Assembly: GCA_010015805.1 (NCBI GenBank)
Contig: ML978124.1
Coordinates: forward strand, 2,046,001-2,110,000
Direction: 5' to 3'
DNA length: 64,000 bases
DNA from: Rhizodiscina lignyota
Lineage: Eukaryota
The notes under the pieces were generated by a model. It did not search any database. It saw only the letters and a program-made list of their open reading frames with translations, and was not told the origin of the DNA. Of the stretch, positions 24,014 through 35,745 are shown in pieces. The position numbers and the translations under genes are program-made. How positions within the stretch are numbered: position 1 is the first letter of the stretch; every line of letters begins with the position of its first letter.

Positions 24014-25681
24014 CACCACCGACAGCTGTGACTTCAATGACGAGCCCTGAGAGCAAGGAAAGCAGAATAATAAAGAGTAAGAGTCATGAAAGGAACTTGT
24101 TCAAATCCAAAGACCTTAATATTAAGACGGATGTGAGGGCCGTATGTATGACCGCCGCAGTCTCTCCTCCATGGCTGGTCACTTGCGTAAGAGACGCGGG
24201 CTTCCACCGAGGCTTGAATCTGGTGTCAGGGTCGAATACGACTTCTCGGGTCCTAACTTATACCATATGAGATAAGAGATCGTCCTTGAGCAAGACGTTG
24301 CACAGGCGGAGAAATTCATCCCAAATTTCAGGCTGATCATTGGAAGAACAAGAACTGGGGGCGCGCCGCATTTTGCCTTTTGGAGGCTCAGGATTTCAGC
24401 TTGCTGTGCGCCGTGGAGAACGTCTGACTTGTCCAGGTACCGACTGACGCAAAGAGATGATGTATTCACTCGTCATCATGTCCGGAGATGCACTGGCTTT
24501 GTATCTCAATTGCCCTGCGAGAATAAGACTCGGCCGCAAATTGCAGGGTTCAATCCGAGATGGGGAATTGGGGATTAACCCTTTTAGGTTAGGGGTAACG
24601 ACACAGGTATATGCAGTCTTAATTTCTTGTTAATTTTAAAACGGCCTTCGTGGTGAGGTTTACCCATTACGGCGTACTTCCATAATTACCACAGTCTCGT
24701 AACTTGATACAGGTAGAAGTCCGGACTGCCGGCGCCCAGCAAAGGCAATGGCATAGGGTAGGCATGCGATGTTGAAATGCTACTGCCACACACTGTACAC
24801 ACCAACTACGAATTAAAGGGAGGACCCATTCAGGCAGGCTTTCCAACGTAGAGGCCAATCAAAGAAGAAGTCATGCCCCATAGTGGCAGATAGGCTCGGC
24901 CGATACATGATCTGAACGTGGAATCCAGTATGGCATAGTATATCTTATGTTATATGTCTTCTATTGTCGTCTTATTTTGAGCACGATACGAGGAAGGCAC
25001 AGAGAGTGCTCTGAACGAGTTTATTGAAAGGAGAACAATATATATGGAAAGAAGAGACGCTCATATACAATCTGCGTGTTATAAAGTCTGTGGCGTCGAA
25101 GTGGAAAAGTGGAAAGGGAGGCTCGAGTACCCTGGCGATAACACCCTCTGACAAAATTGAAAGAAGTCGTCGTGTTCTTCTCCGGGGCGAACTGTGACTA
25201 CATATATATAGATACAGACCCGTGCAAGGGTTCACCAACCACAACATCCGGATTTCCCTCCAAAAGGAAGGAAATGTGTTTCGAAGACCCCACAGAAGGG
25301 AATGATGCCGAACGCTCGTCTCCTCAGATCGATTGAGATTGGTAAGGCCAGATCTCGTAAGCTTCGCATCCGCGTGCGGGTGGCTTGGAGAGGGACTCCT
25401 GCCGTGTGCAGCATAAGTTCTCAAACGCTCACAAAAAGCCTGGAGACGGTTATCTTAGCGCACATCACATCTTCAACGACCATGCCATGCACGGGATATG
25501 TCGATCGTTCATACGACGCAAGCTGCTGATGCTCAAAAAGCGGTCTTGGGACCTTCAGAGAAAAATCATTCCAATTTCGCTGACCGTGTGTATCACAAAA
25601 TAAAGCCCTTGCAGCAGACAAGCCAGTGGAGCGCCTTTCATGATGCGGTCATAAAAATACAACCAAGGAAATAGGTCCCAC

Positions 25682-28600
25682 TCATTCACGATCCCTATCT
25701 TTCCTCCTCCTCACCACATCCTCAAGCACCTGCAGTCTCTCTTTCGTAACCTTGATCGCCTCTTCCACCTCCCGCTCTCTCATATCGCTCGCCACATCTT
25801 TCCTCTCCTTCTCCTTCAAGCTCTCCCAAATCCTATCGCCCGCTCCACCAACACCGTCGCTGCCGACTCGACTCTCCAACCACCTCCACAATTCCCCTTC
25901 TTCCCGCCTCCACATCTCCTCGTACGCAGCCATTCGCGCAGGACTCATTCTCCCAGCGCCAAACAGGCCCACATCGCCAGGAACAGCAGGTTGCCGTATC
26001 CACATCCAGAACACCATAATGCATAGAATCCCGACGAGGAGTCTCGTGCCACCGACCAGATCGACCACAGGGCCCAGCAGACCGTGAAGAGGCTCGAACA
26101 AGCCCCAATTTGGATCGTTGCGTTGAATCGTTGGCGTACCGGCAGTACCAACTATGGCAACCGCATCTTGATCGACAGCGATGTCAGCCTCCTTCTTTCC
26201 GCGCTTCTTTGCGCCCTTGAGGCCCTTCGTGAGCGACTTCGGCGTGGACGCTTTCGCAACAACAGCAGCGCGAAGTGCGGTAATGAGGTCTTTGACATAT
26301 TGATTCTGGCCGTCGTTGGCGGCTTTCTCAATCGGACCTGATATCCTCCAGTCAGTACTATCTTCAATAATCAGGGTCTGAAAATTTACCTTTCAACCAA
26401 CTCTTGCCGCTCCACTCAATGGTGCAGTTTGCGATCATCCTTGTGCTATTACCCGGGCCCCACATCAGGCAATACCTAGTCTTAACAACGAAGATGTTGC
26501 CACTAGGCACGTCCGGATTCTGCGTTGCGCAGCTGACCGTGACAGCCTTCTCGAGGTCGAATTGCTCGAGTGTTTGGCTGATGACGCACTTCGTCTGTTT
26601 GGGACCAATGCTGCCGGTTAGCGGCTTGATATAGCTATAATTCATCGACTTTTTCGAGTCATCAAGGCCCTTCTTGTCGTCCTCTAATTGTAAGTCCATT
26701 GACTTTTGGTCGTCAATGAGCCATCGTCGCATCCACGTGCCACTGGCCGGGCCGAACATCATGCTGTACACTTTTCCGAGCGGAGCTGGAATTGTGGTAT
26801 CAATGAGGAGCTTCTCGAGGTGAGCGCCTTCATCGCCACATGCTGTCGCTTCATGCGATTGAGGACCTGGGTAGTCTGCACTCGCAGTCGCTCCAGCCAC
26901 TACAGCCTCCACAGCATCGATGACCTTTGCAGCGCCTCCAGCTACAGTCGCGCCAATAACAGCGGCACTCGTCTTTCGAGTTCCTCCGTTTTCGTCATCA
27001 GCTCCAGTAGCATCAACGCCGTTTGCGTCTCCAGCCTCCCCAGCGAAGCTCCCATCGCCCTCTTCTTCCTCCGCATCCTCATCATAAACATCATCCTCGC
27101 TCTCATCCAAGGAATCATCCTCACCATCCGATGGAACAATGCTACCCGCCTTCTCCGTCTTATCACCAGTGCCACCCGCATCATCGAGCGTAACTCCATT
27201 CAAGCTACTCTTCAGATTCGGATGGCTAATCTTCCAGATGTTGATGAGCAGATCATACGTCGTATCTCTGCTCACCAAGCTGGCGAAGACATTCCTGGCA
27301 TGCAACGTCTGCACGACAATCGCGTTTGGGAAAATCACAGCAGTGCTTTTCTTCTCCACGGACACAATCTCATCGAATGAGATGACGAGATTGGTGACCC
27401 AACCTAGGATGTTGCTGCTAAAGCACACGTGCCCCTCAGAAATGTATAGACGTCCTTGAAGAAGGATATCGCGCTGCAGCGCTGCGGAATAGTCTTCGAT
27501 GAGATAGTCGTCTTCAGGTACGCTTCTGAACAGCTGATGGAAATCGCGATTGCGCTTAGGATTTGCGACCGCAAAACCCGTCAACTTCGGTCCTGGATTT
27601 AGTTGCGGATTTGCTAAGGCAGCAGTACTCGCACTTATCGCCGCGGCAATCGTATTGCCCGTCGTCGCGCTGCTGCCACGATGCCGTCGTTTCCGACGTT
27701 CAGAGACACGGCTGCGGATGCTGCCTGTACGCCGAATCCCGCTCTCCTCATTGAAGACGGATTGCGCGCGCCCTGGTGTTTGTATGCCCGGATCCGAGAG
27801 ACCTGCTATCGATAGTGGGCGCTCTGCTTTCTCTGCGCCTGTGCCTCCGACTTTGTCCCCGTTTGTGTAGGCTGCTGAGATTGCTTTGGCCGCAGCATCG
27901 TCTTCCGCTGTTGCTAGTACCTCTTCCGTTTGAACCACGGTGCCGTTCGTCGCGGTGCTGTCTGACATGTCTGATTTTGTAAGCTTGATCGCTGGCTCTA
28001 GAGGTGCGTCTGCGATGCCGAGGTGACTCAGGCTGAGATTGCCCGAGCCAAGAGTCTCGACTGCGAGCTGCCGCTTTTCCTGCGGACTGTCGCTCGCAGT
28101 AGTTTCTTCGGTCGATGCGCTCTCCGATAGTATGACCTCCTCACCACCAGCCTGTCCAGTCTTTTCCGCTTGATCAGGTCCTGTCCCACTTCTGCTTCGC
28201 TGGCCAGATATCAAAGAAGGGTTTAAGATTGAGTTGGTGAGCTGATTTGCCGCGTTTTGCGTAGCGGAGAAGAAAGACCCAAAGAAACCACTCGTACCAG
28301 TAGGATTCTGAGTTGTGGTGAGAGAGCCTCCAGGTGTCTTTATTTCCTCGATCGTTGGTGTAAGTGGTGGCGCTATTGAATTTGATAGCTTACTGGGAGG
28401 GATGCTGTTCGACCTCGTACGGCGGGTGGAGAGGCTCGCAGGTGGAGAACCTTTCGACCCCGCCTTAGGCGTGGATTGTGTAGAGATGTTGTGTTTCGGA
28501 TCGGTAGGTGTAGGTGGTGTAACGAGTGTAGTAGGCGTGTCACCCAGCCGGCCCGGCGGGGTGGACGGAAGATTCTTGGTGATTATGTTCTGCGGAGTCT

Positions 28601-29827
28601 TTGGTCTTGCATTTGCACTGTTCGATCCAGCATTTGATCTCTCGCTATCGTTTATGGTCTTTGCGATAGGTTGAGGGGGTTGTGGAAGCGTCTCCTCCTT
28701 GTCGCCTTCAACGACGACCCCACCACCACCTCCCTTACCACTCTTGCTTTGTTTAGAGTCTTCCCTCAAAGACGTATTCGACGATTTCCGCGACGGTGTA
28801 AGAGCTTCCTTGAGCCGGCCAACAGGGCTGGTACTCCGCTTGACCAGTGAAGGTGCGGCGAGAGTGTCAGCCTTCTTGGTCGCCAGGGTGTCTAAGGATT
28901 GGACGGATTCGATGGCAGGTTGTTTCTCCTGCGAAGTATCAATGCTTTCCGCCGGTATCAAGGGCGAAGAGAGCGTTAGATATCCGGCATGGGAGTCGCG
29001 TGTAGTGATCGGTGGTCGAGTGGATCGTCTGCGAGTCGGATGATGCGCGTTAGCAACAGAATGCTGATGACGCGAGAGCCAAGCTGCCTAGTTCTATGGG
29101 GCTGAAGGGGAACTAGAAATGAATCTCAAACAACGAAGAAGAATGGAACTCCAAACGAGAGAAGCAGGCGAGCAGTGGTCAAGGTCACCAGGCCGTTCGT
29201 GGTAATGCTTGCGGCGGCAGTTGTGGGTGCATTGGTCATGACGAGGGGGGCATATCGTACAGCTGAGGTCCAGCGCACATCCTAGACCGAGCCGCACGCT
29301 CAAGCCACAGCTCGGAATTGTGGAGAACTGCGCAAGCACACGACATCTGCGTCTGAGCAGGAAGAAACATAAACTTACGGGCCTGGGTCTGAATCTTCTG
29401 TCAGAAGACTGCTGGATATGCTCGCCGAGTGCTCGAGCGAATCTTCGCTCTTGCTCGTTCCAAATATATTCGAGCCGTTCGCGCCTCGGCCTGGAGGCAG
29501 AGCAGTGTCCACCACGTCCTGAATTCCGTCTTTACCATTCTGCTGTTTGCTCCTCCGTCTATTTCCCGGAAGCCTGACCGACAATCGTCTGCCTGAACCG
29601 CCTCCATCATCCCGCGACCGGACTCTGTCCTTCAGCCTTTCGAATGGACTTTGTCCGTCGCTGGACGTCCTTCTGAGATCGAGTTGTTGGTCAGAGCTAG
29701 GGTCGCTGCTCCCCGTAACAGAACTTGTAGCAGACTTGTCGCCTTTGTCCTTCTTAGCTTTCTTCGGTCGTATGAGGTTTGAGATGCTGCCTCGGCGGCG
29801 CTCAGTGGGAGGGGTGGGGATATCCAT
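25682..29827 (-). CDS. GRAM + VASt (StART-like) membrane-contact sterol transfer protein (Lam/Ltc, Ysp2/Lam4-like), 3 exons
   Basis: GFAVANPKRNRDFHQLFRSVPEDDYLIEDYSAALQRDILLQGRLY...CFSSNILGW (GRAM); YIKPL...GPKQTKC, QNPDVPSG.IF.VKTRYCL.W, WSGKSWLKGPIEK (VASt); C-terminal TM and coiled coil; intron 1 29029-29378. Confidence 0.93.
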
Positions 29828-30381
29828 AGCCACGCCCCGCCTTATAGCGATCCGTGAAGTAGATGGGATAGAGGGCGAGTGGTGATTGTCAAAGAGACAT
29901 TTCACAAACCCGATTGAGCGCGTCTCCTTTACGCGACTCGGTGAGAGCGGTGTGCGACAGGGCGATGCCTCAGTCCAGTACGGGGTGGACAAGGATCCAC
30001 GTGAGGGGCCAGTCGATGTCGCGAATGGGTAGTGGTGATTCGGCGGCCGCAGAGTGACGCGGATGTTGTATTATAACGGTGGTTAGTTCCAGGAGGTTGC
30101 GCGACGAAGATGCATTAATCGTGCAAAGGGATAGGAGCTCGCGACGTGTGCAATGGACGTTGGACCGATTGTAGGAATGGAAGCGTGCATATGATCTCAT
30201 GCCGACCCTGGTGTGCTCTTTGACCGAAAGATGCAGCGCACCGCTCGCACCTGACACGCCGCAGGTACCCATGACAATTTCTTGCCGTTACAAAACATCT
30301 CTCCCATTGCACATTACACACATTCGCGTCTGACGTTCAGCTATGATAACGATACGGTGACCGCGACTCCGACAAGCCAAA

Positions 30382-32326
30382 ATGGAGACTGCTCCGCTGA
30401 CTCTAGTGCGTCACTCCGCAACTTTAATCACACCTCTAGATTGACAAGTACCTCCCAGGCGCATTCTCACGCCCGAACCGCGTCGCGAGAAACACAGCTC
30501 TCGAATCATACCGCTGCCAGTAAAGAACATGAACTCGCGGCCGAGCAGTTTGCCAAAGCCGCGCAAGGCACCGGCGACAGTCTGGTCAGCTTCGACTTGG
30601 AAGAGTTGCTTGTCTTACCTGAATACTGATCTTTGCTTAGGCATTCCGCACCCTCAAACTCCTCGAAGAAGAACACCTGAAACTTGCGCGCATCATCAAA
30701 GTACGATCAGCACAGCCTGCCGTAAGTGCCGTGAACGAAGACGATCCGACCGCGCTCCCCGCCTCCTCAGCAGCAGCAACAGCCGCCTCCAGTTCTCTTG
30801 TATCATCCTCGAAAGACCGAAGAACTCGCACAACTTCACCGGTGAGTGCGAGACGACAGACGACGCGTGACCTCTCTTCCTCCATCGTCAGCAATCTCGC
30901 GACCGCACGGGGCAAACCAGCGGGACAGCAAAGGCGAGGAGTACCTGCATTACCGGAGGTATCTACACAGAATGCAGGAGGAAGACTATACAGGCAGCAA
31001 GATGGGCAGCCATCAGCAGAAGGAAGAGGAGCACGATCTCCACAGAGGCAGAGACATGCGCCTCCATTCCAAGCGGACTCGATACCGGAAGAAGATTCCA
31101 CGCAGCAGTCACCAGCGACAGCTGACGAAGGTTTTAATCGCTTCTTCACCACATTTGAGAACCTCTTCTCCAAGATCTCACCTTCTCTGGCGTTTACGAC
31201 TCTCCCCCTTTCTCCCGGAACTGTAGCCACACCCACCGACGCTCGTCCATCATCTTCACACAAGGCGACTTCACCTTCTCGCACACGCTCTCGCGCTGGA
31301 ACAACTACCCGCACCGCCAATGCGCCAGACGAACCAGATCTGAACGAGCTCATCTCAAAACCCGCTCTCCGCGCACTTCGCGACGAAGCTGGTTTCCCAA
31401 TCACACAAGAGAGCTTCTACGTTGTCCCGCCATCTGGTGGTACTGTATCGTATGCTAGCATGCTACAACAGCAACGGGGCGAGGAGCTCGGTGATGGCAT
31501 TGACCGTCCGAACATCCCAAGTCCGATCATCGAAGGCGACGAGACGGAGGGCGCAAACACCCGAGCACACAAGTCACAATCCAACTCCGCAGATGCAGAT
31601 GAGTTTGTCGACGCAAAAGAATCATTTGGTCCACCGTCTCCGCTGTCAACGCGCAACAGCGCGAATCTGAAGAAGAGTGGGAAGAAGACCAGTCTTTCGA
31701 GGCAAGGATCTGGAGGTGGAAAAGTCTCGTTCGGGAGCAAGAAGACACCGGAAGAACTGGAGCTAGAGAACGAGACGTTGAGGCAGATATTGAATGAGCA
31801 CAGCAAGAGGCTGCAGATGTGGGAGGCACAGAGTCAAAGCCAGACAGCAGCACTGCGAATGGCGGAGAGCTTCAGAGCGAAGGACTTCCAGCAAAGTCCA
31901 CTTTCTGCTGGTGTCGGTGGAGTAGGCAATGACGGCATCCCAAGTTCGAGGAAGCCAGCTGCTCTGCCGCGAAAGGATGGCACGGAGAAAGAAGCTGCTG
32001 CGCAGCTCGCAGTTGGCGAAGACGCTCTCGCAAGGGTCGCAGCGCTAGAGTCCCGGCTCTCTGCTGAAACTGCGAGGAGGGAAGAGATGGAGCGCGCGGA
32101 GAAGAAGGCGAAGGCGGAGAACGCCAAGTTGCAGGTCGTGGTAGGGAAGTATAGGGAGAGGTGGGAGCAGCTGAAGCAAGGTGCGAGGGAGAGGCAGAGT
32201 AAGAGAGCAGAAGCTTCCAGCACGCCGGCAATACAAGAAGAAAGCGAGCACGAGCAGAAGTCGAAGGAGAGTCTGGTGAAGGAGACGGCCAATGAGGCGA
32301 ATGGCAAGGCTACTACTACTTCGTAG
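30382..32326 (+). CDS. Conserved protein with N-terminal MIT-like helices and C-terminal coiled coil; Atg38/NRBF2-like (tentative), 3 exons
   Basis: Spliced N-terminus METAPLTLAHSHARTASRETQ...EHELAAEQFAKAA...AFRTLKLLEEEHLKLARII; ESFYVV; KTPEELELENETLRQ...SKRLQMWE; KYRERWEQLK. Confidence 0.7.
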
Positions 32327-33190
32327 TTCGATATTAGAAATACGATTGCCGAGTAGAATCGGCGCTCTTGTCTGAAGCTGTGCTACAGAGGCCTTGCCGG
32401 CGCGAGGCAGGGCCCACACGCGCGGAGCAGAATGTCAAGTTCAGCATTTCGAAGACGACCAGAATCAGGTGCAGCCTTACAACAAGACTTGGGATCGAAA
32501 ACCAGCAATAGTAATCACATTCCTTGCCAATAAGTTGTCGATGGGGTTGCCGGCCAATCTCTTTTACCAGGCTGGGGACCGAGACTGAGTATTCTCTGAA
32601 GGTGCTAAAAGAGCTGATAGTAGCTTTCAAGACGGCTATGATGTAAGGCCTCTACAGCTACCTCCTAGTAAGGGTGTCGATGTTTTCAACTGTGTGCTAT
32701 TGTCATGAAAAGTCTAAAGAAGTTATGACTCAGCCCTTCGGAGGGGATCTCGCTGTCCTTGAAGTGCAAAAACTGGACATTTTTAGGCATGACAGCTTAT
32801 CCGGCTGCTTGGGTGTATAGCGTCTGTAACTAGCACGGTGCACAAGTGTTTCAGTGGTAAAGTTATTACTGTATACACTCTTAAGGACGTAGAACTGCGC
32901 TTTCAGATATAGTCTCGCCAAAATTGAGATACACTCAAATGAACGCAAGACCAAGCATTCTGGGATAGTCTCGATATTTCTGAAGAGCAAGAGCTGTGTG
33001 CCCTTGGGGGTTACAGTTTACCCATCGGCAAGCTGTCTCATCATCCACGAGGCATTCTAGACCTAAATGTTCGTTCGAGATACCAATCTCGACGATGTCG
33101 GATTCTAAGCCTGCGCCTCTTTGCCAATATGTGCATCGAATATATGTAGACGAATTACCGCCGTGTCGTGCTCTTATTTTCACTTCTAGG

Positions 33191-34951
33191 TCAGAGATAC
33201 TCAATATCGAACTTCACAAGAAGGGAACATTGCGTTTCTCCTCCCTTCAAGTCGAGCATGCGTATAAAACTCCAGCCGGAGTTCACATACATCAGCCGCA
33301 CCGCTCCAGCCGTGAGAATCGGATTCCTCGCAAAGCTATCGTCGCTCTTGATGAGTATGCGAAGGAATGCCAAATCGTTGTCCTCATACTCCCATTCCAG
33401 ATGTTCGTCCCAGACGGGATCTGTTTGCGGCGGGTTCTCCCCCGAATGGAGGAAGCCGAGCTTGTGCTGCTTGTAAGGGGACGTTTTCCGCTTCGGCGGT
33501 TCAGCATCAAGGTTATCTGGATGGACAAGTGTACATGTAACGTAAGGTTTGATATCCTTCGGCTCGCCGCCTGCTGGCACAGGGACATCAGTGGCGCCTG
33601 CGACGTGGAGCCGCAATCTCTTCTGCATCCCAGTGCTCAGCTTCCCATCACCCCCGGCGCGAAGTGCAGCAGGCTTTAAGACGTATCCCTCCGAGCCGCT
33701 GAACAGGGCCTCGTTGATCTGCATGCTTGCACCGAAGGTTTGCCAATTTAGCGCGGCAATTTGAGCTCCCACACCCCAGTGCAGCACGGGGTTGATGTTT
33801 GAGGAAGAGATTCGAGTACCTTTGGGGTACACGCGCATGAGATGTCTAGCATTGTGGAGGGAGATCTTGGCGCTATGGGTCGGCATGAGTGATGCCAGTC
33901 CAGACTCGGAAACGTTGATTAAGTGATGACGTGGGCCATTCTTCATTTGAACCTCTTCGAACCATGAGTTGTCGACAGGTTTGACTGATTGGGCGTAGAC
34001 GCCTAGAGCTGCGAGCTCAGGAATGATGATACTCGTAGCGGTCTCCTTCACCTTCTCATCATACGCCTTGCGAGCTTCTCTTTCATCCTCGGGCTCGCCT
34101 TCCGCATCCTCTTCCTGCTCTTCCTCCTCCTCAGCGATCTTAGCCTTTTCATCCGGAAGGTGAAATTCGACGATGAGGGCTACTTTTGAGCCTAGCTCAT
34201 GAAGGGATACATTTTCATCCGAGCCTTCTTGCTCTCGATGACCCTCTTCACGAACAGCTTTACTCAGAAGACGTTCACCCAAGACCTCTTTCATGATATT
34301 CACGAGTGCCTGCTGGCCTTCAGCGCTGCAATGATTTTCGAGGGAGATGAGGATAGGAGCAGCTCGATAGCCTTGCTGATCGACAGAATCTGCCGCTTCT
34401 TTGTCCACAACATCACGAATGGTTTCGCAGACTTTGCGGAACGGAATATGTGATACAAGAGTGTACCCGTGCGTCACTTTTGGCTCGTCTTTGTTGTCGT
34501 CGTTGTCCCAGGCATCGATTTCGACGCAGCGTGCTCCCGCGTTAAGAGCTACCTTGTAAGCATCGGCTGACGAAGACCCGTAGAGCTGATGGGCCATCAA
34601 GTAGGTGTTGTGGCTTGAGCTGATGAAGTACTCTGGAAGAGGGTACGATCTGTCCACAACTTGAGGTGGGACAATGACATGCGGCTTGTCGAGGAGAGCG
34701 CGTACAGCGGGTGTGACTGTGTCATCGTCGTCCAGGCCAGCCTCTTCCTCCGAGAGCACATTTTCGTCCACGAGAAACGATCGCAAAGCATGACTGGCTC
34801 TGAGCTTGTTCTTGGTGATCGCACTTTGCCTGCCACCGTGACCGCCTCCGGCGACGCTGGTGTAGTCTATCTCTTCTCCCTTGTCCTCGTCATCTTCCTT
34901 GCGGGAGAATGGGCTAAATTTAGCAAATTTCGAGGTGAGCGCGGAAGCCAT
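33191..34951 (-). CDS. Phosphoinositide-specific phospholipase C (X, Y, C2 domains), single exon
   Basis: YFISSSHNTYL, GARCVEIDAWD, VTHGYT, ISLENHC, RVYPKGTRISSSN, GAQIAALNWQT, GYVLKP; C2-like C-terminus. Confidence 0.93.
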   Translation of the reverse strand: MASALTSKFAKFSPFSRKEDDEDKGEEIDYTSVAGGGHGGRQSAITKNKLRASHALRSFLVDENVLSEEEAGLDDDDTVTPAVRALLDKPHVIVPPQVVDRSYPLPEYFISSSHNTYLMAHQLYGSSSADAYKVALNAGARCVEIDAWDNDDNKDEPKVTHGYTLVSHIPFRKVCETIRDVVDKEAADSVDQQGYRAAPILISLENHCSAEGQQALVNIMKEVLGERLLSKAVREEGHREQEGSDENVSLHELGSKVALIVEFHLPDEKAKIAEEEEEQEEDAEGEPEDEREARKAYDEKVKETATSIIIPELAALGVYAQSVKPVDNSWFEEVQMKNGPRHHLINVSESGLASLMPTHSAKISLHNARHLMRVYPKGTRISSSNINPVLHWGVGAQIAALNWQTFGASMQINEALFSGSEGYVLKPAALRAGGDGKLSTGMQKRLRLHVAGATDVPVPAGGEPKDIKPYVTCTLVHPDNLDAEPPKRKTSPYKQHKLGFLHSGENPPQTDPVWDEHLEWEYEDNDLAFLRILIKSDDSFARNPILTAGAVRLMYVNSGWSFIRMLDLKGGETQCSLLVKFDIEYL

Positions 34952-35745
34952 GACTGGTGGAGATTCCCAGTTTCACAAGGCCTGTACTTCTGCTATGTTC
35001 CTAGTAAGAAGTACGAAACTTTGGTTCAATCAAAATTGAAAGCGCACGCGACAGATGCATGAAGATATGGCATCCCAAGATCTTGGAAATGCGACTCGTG
35101 AGCTGCGGAGCTGATCTGCGGACGGGATCGACGTCATGGATGCTGGCGTTCGAGACCAGGCCAGGTCCAGGTTCATCGTGTTGTTTGAGGCTCACGCAGA
35201 GAGGATGTTGGGCCAAACAGAACAGTAGCTTTGAAGCAAGAGATTGAATATTTCTTTGGCTCAATAAAATTAATGAGAGGACACCAGGGATAGATCAACG
35301 CGAATAAAGGTACGCCACCCTTCACCAAATTTATGCTCAACCTACAATAACACTTCAGATATGAGCGCTGACACGGTTCGAAAATGTACGACTCTCTATG
35401 GCGTACTAGGAACTCCAGAGAGTCATGTAATGAAATACAATCTTTACCTGTTGGAGTAGAACCCATGAGCCTTCCCCGGCTCGAACTGAACTCTCACTCC
35501 ACCAGTGGTGCCACATGAAGCACACACAAGCAGGAACTTAGGAATTTTGCACTGAGAACAATGTATGGTTGCGTTCGAAGAACTCTATTGCGCACATTGC
35601 GCCGGCTAAAATTACTAATCAGGAAACTTCCTGTACACTTGCGTCCAATTTCCTACACGGGGACGTATGTACCATCCCATCGCTATGCTCTGCAGAAGAC
35701 AATTTTGACCCGCTCGATTTGAAAACAAAATAGTAGAAGAGCTCC

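Noticed and set aside
24543..24557. gcagggttcaatcc resembling the tRNA T-arm (possible att-like duplication at the island end)
   Set aside because: Short, needs two gaps, and no acceptor-stem match
24576..24595. Telomere-like TAACCC / TTAGG-TTAGGG
   Set aside because: Only one or two imperfect units, compatible with chance
17202..25600. Starship or other intact transposon
   Set aside because: No tyrosine recombinase, transposase or RT ORF, and no terminal repeats or target-site duplication found by eye
25682..34951. Functional lipid cluster (Lam, Atg38-like, PLC)
   Set aside because: Unrelated housekeeping genes; adjacency alone is not evidence of co-regulation
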